A DNA stretch of 64,000 bases from Bispira polyomma (taxonomy: Eukaryota). Positions 26,776-38,036 of this stretch are shown piece after piece. Position numbers and translations under genes: made by a program. Every line of letters starts with the position of its first letter. The first letter of the stretch is position 1. The notes under the pieces were generated by a model. It saw only the letters and a list, made by a program, of their open reading frames with translations, was not told the DNA's origin and did no database searches. The DNA lies in contig OZ287748.1 of the NCBI GenBank assembly GCA_965649765.1, forward strand, positions 9,300,001 through 9,364,000, in the 5' to 3' direction.

Positions 26776-28084
26776 GTATGTGTAAAATATATTAACATAA
26801 ATATATAGCAGTACTCTATAGGAGAAGGAGCTATTAAAGAGATTTTTACAGTAATTACTACTTACTTAATCAACATCACTAACATTCTATTTCAAAAACA
26901 GTACTATTACCAGTAGATGTGGTTAAATATCAATCAACTTGTTAGAGCCAATTAACCAACAACATCAACAGTCATTTATTGTCTTTCACTTATTTGAAAT
27001 GTCAAATCATAGTAAATAGTAGTGCTATACCTTAAAAATCGCACATATGCGTTGGCCAATGAGTTGGAAGGCTCCAACAAATAGCTATTGTTAGGAAATA
27101 CTAATGGTACTTCGCTATAAAATAAATAGTCAATGATGTGATAAATACTTACTTAATAAAACTCGGGTGCATCTGGTTACTCCCATTTACTCAATTTCTA
27201 GCAGCTTAAAAAGGCAGGAGACAAATGTACACGAACATCCTCGGGATCTCAGAATAAGACACAATATATTCCATTGTTTTTCCCCCCCAAATAAAGAATT
27301 AAGCGTCACATAGTGTATCCACAACGATTTGCAACCTTTTTTTTTCCCCCCGACAAGAAAATGTGTGTAAAATTCCAATTGAAACACAAGTCTTAGCTAT
27401 AACTAATTCAAATTATAACTAAGTCAAGTGAATTATACTGTTACTTGGGTGCTTCTAACTAATATGACACTCATCATATAAAAACTTGACCATTTGTTTT
27501 CTTTTGTTTTTTTTTAACCAAGATATATTTTCCTCCTTTTTGTTTGTTTTGCCATATGCAAGCAAGTCTGGCATGAATATTAAAACTTCCTGGAGTGTAT
27601 GCTATATATACATTGATATTATTACATATTCCCACAGAAACAAAAATAAAGTACACACAGTCTGTGTTGCATTGTTATTAGTATTATCATCAAAGATGGG
27701 GATAAATGCAACATGTTGACTCCATTTTGTAGCTACAACATAGAAGCAAAGGAGTAAGTCAAAAAAACACGGGCAAAAGCTTTCTAGTGTTGTTGTTATA
27801 ACACTGGCCAGTTATGCTCTAGAAGCTTGAACAGAAAAGTTTTGTCTACTTGTATATATAACACTCACACACTTACTCACCAACCAATGTCTTACCATGT
27901 GCTTTTGCTCTATAGCTGCTTTTAATCTTGGAGGAGGAGGAGAAGAAAGTTGTGTATTTTTGTGAGTATTTCTGTGTTTGTAGCCTCAACAAGGCCTAGA
28001 TTCCTGTTGCTATTTTTGTATATTTGTGTGAGGGAGGGTTTTATTACACATGTCATAAATGATGTACATTGTAGTTAATGTTAA

Positions 28085-29355
28085 TGTCACAGGCCAAATT
28101 AAAATCCAGGCGGATTTTAAATCCGCCTAGGCGAGATTAAAATTCTAATCTCGCCTAGGCGAAATCAAAATTTTAATCTCGCCTAGGCAGATTTACAATC
28201 TGTCGAGACCAAATTAAAATTTTGATTTCACCTAGGCGGAATTAAAATTTCCAAGTTTGTTTTGTAGAATTTTAATCTCGCCTAGGCGGATTTAAAATCT
28301 GCCTAGACCAAATTAAAATTTTGATTTCGCCTAGGCGGATTTAAAATCCAACTTGGCAAGACTAAAATAGGGGAAATTAAAATTTTAGATTGAGGCAAAT
28401 TTAATTATTTCATTTATGTATGCAGTAAAAGTATGGCTAAAAACCTTAAAATTGAACTTATTTTATTTCTTTTTATAGCACTTTCTATTCATGGTTCGAA
28501 GCATTAATTCATACATGGAATATTATAGTAACTGCATTAATTAAAATTCTATATGCCTGGGTAAAATTTAAACTTGACCACACCAATAGTTTTTTTGTTT
28601 TGTGTACGCTACACCCCTACACTACATCAAAATCCAATGTCTTTTACTAGCTTAATATGTATTATTAGTGTAATATTTCCTTCTTAGGGGTAGTACATGG
28701 GTGTCAAAAGGTTTGGAATTGTATTTTTTGGTAAAGTACTCAAGTATACAACAGTGAAAAAATCACATGCTTTACAAAGGGTTAAATATATAATCATTCA
28801 TGCCTTTTCAGAAACTTCATAGTGGTAATCCCCAAAGACTTTCTTGGTGCACTGCTCTTTCATATGTGCTCAGGAATAAATTGGTAGCACTTGGTAGTGT
28901 CTGAATTAATGTTTTAAACCATGAATGAAAAGTGCTTTATAAAGAAATTATGTTAATAATTAATGCAATTACTATATTCCATGTATGAATTAATGTTTTA
29001 AACCATGAATGCAAAGTGCTTTATAAAACTGCATACATATAAATGAAAATAATTAAAATTTCCCTCAATCTAAAATTTTAATTCCCCCTATTTTAATCTC
29101 GCCTAGGCGGATTTAAAATCTGCCTAGGCAAAATCAAAATTTTAATTTGGTCTAGGCAGATTTTAAATCCGCCTAGGCGAGATTAAAATTCTACAAGACA
29201 AACTTGGAGATTTTAATTCTGCCTAGGCGAAATCAAAATTTTAATTTGGTCTAGGCGGATTTTAAATCCGCCTAGGCGAGATTAAAATTTTGATTTCGCC
29301 TAGGCGAGATTAGAATTTTAATCTCGCCTAGGCGGATTTAATTTGGCCTGTGACA
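28085..29355. mobile_element. Foldback-type non-autonomous DNA transposon with ~450-bp inverted arms
   Basis: Termini TGTCACAGGCCAAATTAAA / TTTAATTTGGCCTGTGACA; TAA on both flanks (28082-28084, 29356-29358); arms carry arrays of CGCCTAGGCG. Confidence 0.88.
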
Positions 29356-29486
29356 TAAAGTTGTCCTTCCCCCCCCCCCCTCCCCCACTGTGGCCTAGTA
29401 GCTGTTAAGGAGTTGGTCTGGTGATCAACACAAGGTCTTTGGTTCGACTCCTGGTCACTGCCATAATGATGGTTACTGGTGGATGG

Positions 29487-29705
29487 TCTCTGTGGCCTAG
29501 TGGTTAGAGTGTCAGACTTTAAATCCGGGTGACCTGAGAGCCCTGGTTCAATCCTCGCAGCAGACCTGGAGATTGTACGCTTGGACATGGAACTTTACAC
29601 ACAAAGTTGTCCCTCTCTACCTAGGTGTATAAATGGGTATCTGGCCGCTAATGGGGGGGGTTAGTCTTTGTGCGCCTTATGTGGAAAAGCACAGCTAGTA
29701 TGCTT
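29487..29705 (+). mobile_element. tRNA-derived SINE with CORE-like central domain
   Basis: A-box TGGCCTAGTGG, B-box GGTTCAATCCT, then ...GGTGTATAAATGGGTA; antisense copy at ~61622-61790. Confidence 0.75.
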
Positions 29706-31544
29706 CCTGAGGGAGCATATATATATCGAAGACATAAGCAAGCGCATAGTACCTAACCAACATAATATGTAGCTTATAAAAATATATTGATTTTAATATG
29801 CCAATTAGTGTATATTGCTCTTGATTGATTATACTAACAATATTTCTATTTTCTACCAATAAATTTTTTTGTTGTTTTACATATTTAAAACAAATGCAAA
29901 ACGCCGATCCTCGAACTAGGATCCTCCTCGATATCCCATGCCCTGACTATATTATACACTGATGTCACGCAAGCAAGTATTGTTCAGGAAACAGTCTATG
30001 GCTTATTATAAAAGTCACACAACAGCAAAAGTAAGAGCAAATATATTTACAGTAGACTGTATAACTAGAACCAGTGTAAGTCCAATTTAGGTATAAGTGA
30101 AACTAGTTTTGAGGTCCCAGCATCAGAAAATGCTGAATTTTGTAGGTATAAGTGGAAGTTAGCTATAACTAGAACTAACTACTGTGGATATTGGAGGTTC
30201 TAATTATACAGAGTTTACTGTATATACATATGGGCTTCAAGGAAAATGTGGCAAATATTTAATTAATTTTATCGTTACATTAGATAGTTTTTGTGTTACA
30301 GAGTCGAAGCCCTTTAAATCAAAACTTCAAGGGACCAAAAACACTACTTCTAATTAAGCAGGATTTCCACTTAACACTTGAACAACAGTGTTGATTTTAA
30401 AAGAAAATGCCTTTGTGGGGCTAAAGATTTGTTTTTACACAACAGGGAAATTGAGTTAACAAGAGTTCTACATGAAGGGTTTTGACTGTATATGTCTGTA
30501 ATGAGCTAACTTATACTTGTAAATGTATTGAACTTGTCACAGGACTTTATTACTTGTGGGATAAAGGGAAGTGATAAACCACTTGTCTCTCCCCCTCTAC
30601 TGTTGTGAGTTTGAATTTCAACACATATATGGCATATATGTGGGAAAGTTGGCAGTAGACTCGCTGAAGGCCAGTGATAGTTGGAGAGCAGAAAGCCTTA
30701 AACCAACTACCCTGTTCTGATTGTCTCAATCAGTGATATGATACAAACATGTTGAAGGCGACATGCTAAACCCTATAACTAAAAGTTACTCAAGAGATTG
30801 ATGACAAGTTGAACACAACATTGGTTACTAATTTAGGCTGTAAGTGGTGTGTTCTGTTAGTTCTTTCTTTAGTTGCTTTTTAATTGATGTTGTTTTTCTG
30901 AGTTTTTCTCAGCTGTTTGAGATATTGCTTTGTTGTGGCGAAAATAAATCAAAAATTAATATAATGCTTATCATTTCGTGGTGGCTTATTATTGTAACAT
31001 GTATACATTTATATACAAACATGTATTTTGATAAAATGGATTTCGGATGAATTGTTTCACTTAACTAATTATTAATAAATATATCCACGCACATAAAATA
31101 TGTACCCAAAGTGTCGTTCAGTTTTAGTTACCGATATATCAAATAAATAGTGTTTTTGCATAATTCCAATAAAACCAAGTTCAAAATAATTTCAATTGTA
31201 TTTTAGTACATGTGTAATAATGTATTTTGATATACAGGGGTATAAATGTATTGAAATAGAGGATGGTGACCTGATCTCTACTGCTTCCAGAGAAATGGTT
31301 TGAAGATAAGTTTCAGCATTATTTCCTATAAAATGACATTTTCGCAGATTACAAGTACGGTACCCTTTCATTTTATTTCTAAGCAATATTTTAATATGTA
31401 TTGAACCATCCTGTAACAAACAACCCAATACCCCTTCTTTCAAATACCACCTCATGTTTTAATTCTGCTTTTTAGAAAGAGCCACATATAGATCTTCAAA
31501 TCAGTGGGTCTTTATGGAGACTTCTTTTATTATAGTTCATATGC

Positions 31545-31815
31545 CACTGTGGCCTAATGAGTGACACACTCATTTATTGTAATTGTAATTAGACTTTTAT
31601 TGCGCTTAATCTCCCCTTAACAAAGGGGACTCTAAGGCGCATTTAGGAGGTCAGAGGACATGGGTTTGATTTCAGCTTGGGGTGACCAGGTACAGACATG
31701 ATTCATAGTGGCTCAGATGACCACTTAAAATGATGGTCCCATGTCATGGGTCATATCCCCAGTGGCAGGCTAAAGAACCTTGGGAATTTGGATAAATGTT
31801 CATCCTCATGCCTTT
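31545..31815 (+). mobile_element. tRNA-derived SINE (Nin/Deu-like), interrupted by an antisense L2-type 3' tail (~31572-31645)
   Basis: TGGCCTAATG head; CACTTAAAATGATGGTCCCATGT...GGCAGGCTAAAGAACC core; relatives at ~26520-26672 (-) and ~44140-44310. Confidence 0.55.
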
Positions 31816-31825
31816 GTCTACTTAA

Positions 31826-32123
31826 CCCTTTCCACACCTACGTTGTCGACACCTGAATTGTTGGCAAGTAGCCGTCGGCAATAGTGACTCCTAGAACATA
31901 TGTCTGACGGCAAGCAGTCGACATCCCAAAAATATTATTTTATTTTCCTTCAGTTCCTTTAAATAGCAAGCTGTTAGTGAAGCAGACATAATAAGTTATA
32001 CGTAAGGTTGTTGTTAAATGCTGAAAGTAGTTTCTGGTGTGTGGTTTAGTGACTTCAGCTATCTGTAACCTATCACCAATTCCTTTAGTTACAGACGGTA
32101 GTTTTCTCCCAGTCGTGAAGGGG
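31826..32123. mobile_element. piggyBac-like MITE
   Basis: TTAA|CCCTTTCCAC ... GTGAAGGGG|TTAA. Confidence 0.7.
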
Positions 32124-33124
32124 TTAAGATTTACAATCAATCAAAGATACATTTGACACAGTTTCTCTTTGTCCAGAAGTAGGCATTATATATTAAAGTA
32201 GGACGCATTAATATTGGCTAGACTTGATATATAAGGCCATGTATCCGTAACAAAATTTCCTTCGTCAATATATAGATATAAAACTAGATAAAATATAGAT
32301 AAAAAAATCAAAGTATACCTATACAAGTAGTATTTGATAACCACATCCTATACCTGAATACATCATGATTGTAAACCAACTGAGCTACTTCTAATATTCT
32401 CATAATGGACTCGGGCATGTGTTCACACTTGGCATTTGAAACTGCATGGATAAATATACAGGCATTCGATAGAAATGTGCATGTTTTACAGATTCTGTAT
32501 AGTAATTAATAATAATTATTCATTTGATATAGTGCATTATGAACATCACTGTTATCTAATGCACTTTGACATTATTACCCCAGCCTGGGTTCTTCCACTT
32601 GTTGACCAAATTGTTCAATCTCAGCACCCTCAGGAAGCATACTAGCCGTGCTGCACATACAGAGCACCAGAGAGGTACAAGATCACTCGTATCCAAAGTC
32701 TGACGCTATAACCACTTCCACACAGACCATATATATAGCAATTAAGTAGCTATTTCAGTCATGTTTAATAAAAAGAGGTTATTGGTTATCATATAAACTA
32801 AATTCTAAAGGCCATTTTGTAAAACTTTCACTTGTATATTGTAGATATCATCATGCATCTCACAACTATAGAGTGAAGATACACTTGAAACCTCCTAGTC
32901 ACCCAATTGACATTTAAACCACTGCTCCTGGGGCCCTATGTATCAAAAATCTGAAACTAAATGCTTTGTGGGGTCACAAGTTTTTTTCCTTTATATGGGA
33001 AAAATTTGCACTCACACAAAAAGACTCAAAATCTACCCTGATAAGTGGAAATCCTGCTTAAGTAGAGCTATTTCTCAGTAGAGGTATTTCTCCTAGTTCC
33101 TCGAGGTTTGACTTCAAAATGGGG

Positions 33125-34239
33125 TTTAAATGTATTTAGATTTCCTTGTGAATGGAAATAACTGTAAGACGCCATTTTTTTTCAAAACAGAGTCGTTTCC
33201 GGAACAATATCATCCGTTAAGCAACGTCACGGAACGAATGCACCAGAGATCATCACTTTAGCATTACCTTCTACCACGTTTCCAAACAGTCCATGACGTC
33301 ACACACACTTAGCTCCAGCACGTGTAGGTGTGACTAGGCTTCAAGACCTGATCACAAGTCCGTACTGTTCAGGGGTAAACAAAGAATATCAAGGAGTAAA
33401 TAAATGGCGTCTTTCCAGATGATTTTAAAAAGGCTATTGTCACTCCTTTAATAAAAAAACCTTCTCTTCCAAAGGCTGGCTTGAAAAATTACTGTCCTGT
33501 CTCAGGCCTTTGCTATATCTCTAAGTTGGTAGAACGCGTGGTTGCCTTACAGATCAAACAACATGTTGACGTCAGCAATCTGTCCAATAAGTATCAGTCA
33601 GCGTACAAAAGTGGTCATTCTACTGAGACTGCACTTCTCTGCATCAAAAATGATGTTCATACATCTTTATCCAAAGGTATGCCTACTGCCTTAGTACTGC
33701 TGGATCTGTCAGCAGCCTTTGATACTATTGATCACAAAGTTCTTCTTGAGTGCCTATCGTCTTGGTTCGGTATCAGCGGTATGGCGCTAAAGTGGTTCAC
33801 GGCATATTTGTCTGATAGATTCCAATCAGTCAAACTTGGCAATATCTTATCCGACCCAACATGGTTAAAATTTGGTGTTCCCCAAGGTTCCGTCCTGGGT
33901 CCCATTTTGTTTTCCATGTACACCACTCCACTCAGCAAGATTATTGCTGCATACAAAAACATAAACTTTCACTTCTATGCTGATGATACCCAACTGTACA
34001 TCCACCTTACACCTGACTCTGCCCAGGCAGCTTTCACTTCCTTACAGAACTGCCTTGTTGATGTACAACACTGGATGGCAGCAAATAAACTCAAGCTGAA
34101 CCCTGAGAAGACTGAGTTTATTTTGTTTGGCTCCAAATCGCAACGGGAAAAATTGTCCAGCTGTCTTCCACTTGACATTCTTGGTAGCAGGTTTTTTTTA
34201 AATGTATTTAGATTTCCTTGTGAATGGAAATAACTGTAA
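33125..34239. other. Composite templated insertion (33168-34196) flanked by a 43-bp direct duplication
   Basis: 33125-33167 = 34197-34239; 33183-33397 is the reverse complement of 34685-34899; 33400-34197 is a direct copy of 36436-37233. Confidence 0.92.
33400..34197 (+). pseudogene. Internal reverse-transcriptase fragment duplicated from the LINE at 36436-37233
   Basis: ORF 33481-34233 has LDLSAAFD, GVPQGSVLGP and YADD; near-identical to the LINE 3036 bp downstream; no LINE 3' end. Confidence 0.9.
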
Positions 34240-34740
34240 TAACCTATTACTATCAATTGTAATAGGGCTTTCAGGGAGGGACTTAAATATAAAGTCAGAT
34301 TTGAGATATCTATCTTTTTTTTCGCACAATTAAATATAGGTCATATTTTAAGATTATTGAGTATTTTTAAGACTTTTGGCAAATACAGACCTGACACCCC
34401 GTAAAGAACTGTCTGTAGTATTAGTTATTATAGTGTGGTGAATTCTGGATTCTGTCTGCATTCTTGTTTTCTTGGCCTCTTCATGTGTTGTTTTAATTAT
34501 TGCACTCATTTAGAGTTTTTAACTAACATCCCTATATTGCTCCTTTCATGAGGACATTATGATACAGTAAAAGTTCCCCCTTCTCTAAAAAAAATAAAAA
34601 TAGAAGTTTACGGAGACTCTTATATAATGCATCTTTTATAAAACTTTAGCCGACACATAGGGAGAGAGGATATCCCCATAATAAACTCCTTGATATTCTC
34701 TGTTTACCCCTGAACAGTACGGACTTGTGATCAGGTCTTG

Positions 34741-35342
34741 AAGCCTAGTCACACCTACACGTGCTGGAGCTAAGTGTGTGTGACGTCATGGACTGTTTGG
34801 AAACGTGGTAGAAGGTAATGCTAAAGTGATGATCTCTGGTGCATTCGTTCCGTGACGTTGCTTAACGGATGATATTGTTCCGGAAACGACTCTGTTTTGT
34901 CTGCTGCGACAATTGTTTTAAACTGTTTGAAACAATAGTGGCACAGCTCCGGTTTCTCCATGTTTCTCTATTTGTCCCGGAACGTTTCCGAAAATAGCTC
35001 TACATAGTAGTAGGTAGTGAGGAAGTGCCAGTAGGTAGTGAGATCGTTTCCACTCGTCTCCGTTAGTTGAGAAATGTTTCACTAAGTAGCAGAAGGCAGC
35101 AAAACGCACCAGTAAGTAGCAGTATAGTTGATCTACGTAGTAGAAGGTGGTGATATCCTACCAGTAAAGTGTTCGATTTTTGCCCCCGCTTTGTATGTAT
35201 AAATAACAACATCGTCACAAAATGTCACAATTGACTACCCCTTTACGGAAATGACATCCCTTGACACAAAACTACCATGTTTTTAGTGTATATTGCTTCG
35301 GTACGTTGGGGGACGTTGACACGTGTAGGTGTGACCAGGCCA
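34741..35342. mobile_element. ~600-bp MITE, PIF/Harbinger-like (family copy 2)
   Basis: TIRs AAGCCTAGTCACACCTACACGTG / CACGTGTAGGTGTGACCAGGCCA; colinear with 5258-5853. Confidence 0.85.
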
Positions 35343-35344
35343 TT

Positions 35345-35590
35345 AGGTCCTTGGTGGAGTGTCGAGGTGCGACTCTCTGGCCTTCCAGCAGTTGGGGGGT
35401 CAAGTCTCACCCAACCATTGCCATATATGTGGGAAAGTTAACAGTATACCAGCTGAATGCTGGTGGTTTTTAGTTGCAAAAATCTTGACCGACTACCCCT
35501 GTAGTTTACTTTCCGCCACGAATAAACTGCCTCCCGAGATGAAAAACACTAGTATTGAAAGTGATGTTCAACTGAAAACAAAATAGAAAT
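35345..35590 (+). mobile_element. tRNA-derived SINE (Meta/MESC-like 3' region)
   Basis: Shares ATGTGGGAAAGTT and a TTGAAAGTGATGTTCAAC A-rich end with copies at ~18240-18430, ~30570-30780, ~7585-7795 (-) and 52120-52276. Confidence 0.55.
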
Positions 35591-35619
35591 TGTAAGGATG
35601 AATTTGCAGACCCAGGGTT

Positions 35620-35970
35620 GTGAGATTAGGGTAAATGAAATATGACATTTGTTATAGTTCACTTTTATACAACACACACAAGGTCAAATGTACTTCCTCA
35701 TGGGCAGCCACTATGGGCCCTGAGGCTTGCTTGAGGATGACACCATTTATCAACGTCCCCAAGAATCTTTAATCTACCACTGGAGATAGTACTCTATGAC
35801 AGAGGACCACCATTTTAAGTAGGTTATCTAAGCCACTAGGCAAACATTTGTTCACATCTTTCCCGAGGATATCATCCCCAACAATTAAAACTAGCGGTTG
35901 GTATTGGGAATAGAACTGAGGACCTTCTGATCATCAGACCAACACCCTAACCACTAGACCACAGGAGGTC
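35620..35970 (-). mobile_element. tRNA-derived SINE with L2-like tail
   Basis: Reverse complement of the family at ~54915-55175; partial copy at ~61380-61580. Confidence 0.65.
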
Positions 35971-36234
35971 GCCAATGCATAGACACACCCCAGCCTTTTA
36001 CTTTTAAGTGCTGTTTCCATACACGTGTGCATGTCATCCATATACGTCAAACTCGCATACACATCAGGCAAGATCTTCCATTTTATGGTTGATCCTCGTA
36101 TTTTCGGCCTACCTCATATTTTCGGCCAATCACGTTTTTGTTCTTAAATAGAAGTTAAATTATTGTCTATAAACGATCAAATGTCTTTCCCAATGTTAGA
36201 CTTATTCAAGTCAACCAGTTTACATTTTACATTA

Positions 36235-38036
36235 GCTGCCCCAAATGCTCCTTTACCAACAGCTCCACCAACCGTCTTCAACTGTTTCTCCACAGTAACT
36301 GTTGATGAAGTCAGGAAAATTATACTGGTATCACCCGTAAAATCTTGCTTGCTAGATCTGTGGCCCACATTCCTTGTCAAAGAATGTATTGACATTTTAT
36401 TGCCCTCAATCACAAAACTTATCAACCTCTCGTTGATAAATGGTGTCTTTCCAGATGATTTTAAAAAGGCTATTGTCACTCCTTTAATAAAAAAACCTTC
36501 TCTTCCAAAGGCTGGCTTGAAAAATTACTGTCCTGTCTCAGGCCTTTGCTATATCTCTAAGTTGGTAGAACGCGTGGTTGCCTTACAGATCAAACAACAT
36601 GTTGACGTCAGCAATCTGTCCAATAAGTATCAGTCAGCGTACAAAAGTGGTCATTCTACTGAGACTGCACTTCTCTGCATCAAAAATGATGTTCATACAT
36701 CTTTATCCAAAGGTATGCCTACTGCCTTAGTACTGCTGGATCTGTCAGCAGCCTTTGATACTATTGATCACAAAGTTCTTCTTGAGTGCCTATCGTCTTG
36801 GTTCGGTATCAGCGGTATGGCGCTAAAGTGGTTCACGGCATATTTGTCTGATAGATTCCAATCAGTCAAACTTGGCAATATCTTATCCGACCCAACATGG
36901 TTAAAATTTGGTGTTCCCCAAGGTTCCGTCCTGGGTCCCATTTTGTTTTCCATGTACACCACTCCACTCAGCAAGATTATTGCTGCATACAAAAACATAA
37001 ACTTTCACTTCTATGCTGATGATACCCAACTGTACATCCACCTTACACCTGACTCTGCCCAGGCAGCTTTCACTTCCTTACAGAACTGCCTTGTTGATGT
37101 ACAACACTGGATGGCAGCAAATAAACCCAAGCTGAACCCTGAGAAGACTGAGTTTATTTTGTTTGGCTCCAAATCGCAACGGGAAAAATTGTCCAGCTGT
37201 TTTCCACTTGACATTCTTGGTAGCAGGTTTTTTCCAGCTGACAAAGTACGAAACCTGGGTGTGGTGTTCGACTCTGAATTCTCCTTCTCTAACCATGTCG
37301 CATCGGTGTGTAGATCATGTTTTGTTGGCCTCCGTGATTTCAGGCGGATTCAACGCTATCTTTCCAAATCCACTGCAATCACTGTTGCCAATGCTTTGGT
37401 CAGCAGCAGGCTTGATTACTGCAACTCTCTGTTCCGTTCCTTATCTCGTAGTGATCTCAGACGCCTTCAGAATATCCAACACTCATTGGCACGTATTGTG
37501 ACCAAAACTTCTAAATTTTCCCACATTACTCCTGTACTCAAGTCACTGCACTGGCTCCCAATAAAATATCGTGTTGCTTTCAAAATAGCAACAATAATAT
37601 ATAAATTTCTAAATTCTTGATTACCCACTTATTTTAGCCCCCATCTATCCAAATATACATGCTCAGTCAGGACAAGGCGCAGTAACCCTGATAAATTATA
37701 CCTTAACATTCCCACTTTCGACCCTCGCATCCACAAATCCAAAGTTCAATTCAATCACTGCCTAGCTCATGATGGCCCCCTCATTTGGAACAGCCTACCT
37801 GATCATGTTCGCCTGGCTCAAACTTTCTCCTCTTTCAGGAGTAAGCTGAAGGCCTATCTTTTTGAACAGACTTTTCCACCTTAGCCGTCGCAACCATTTA
37901 CGGTAGTCTCCCTGGTTACGACTTCCATCCGCCCACTATTTTTGATTTTCGATTAACGTTTTGGGTTTGTTGCACCTTAGAATTTGTTGTACAAAGATTA
38001 AGCGCTATAAAAGTACGACTAGATTAGATTAGATTA
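36235..38036 (+). mobile_element. 5'-truncated L2/CR1-clade LINE: ORF2 reverse transcriptase and C-terminus, 3' UTR, (AGATT)n tail
   Basis: RT motifs QSAY..GHSTETAL, LDLSAAFD, GVPQGSVLGP, YADD, RNLG, SRLDYCN, LHWLP; premature TGA at 37618-37620, frame continues ...WNSLP...FRSKLKAYLF to TAG 37884; GATTAAGCGCTATAAAAGT then AGATTAGATTAGATT; no endonuclease or ORF1. Confidence 0.95.

Noticed and set aside
29487-29570. tRNA gene
   Set aside because: A and B boxes are present, but there is no convincing cloverleaf and it continues into a SINE body with another copy in the window
33481-34233. Stand-alone or domesticated RT gene, or a retron/DGR-like system
   Set aside because: No ATG start; a near-identical internal fragment of the adjacent LINE; its C-terminus is read-through into the duplicated target; no template/variable repeat pair
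36163-36234. N-terminus of the 485-aa RT ORF
   Set aside because: Flanking DNA fortuitously in frame with the 5'-truncated LINE
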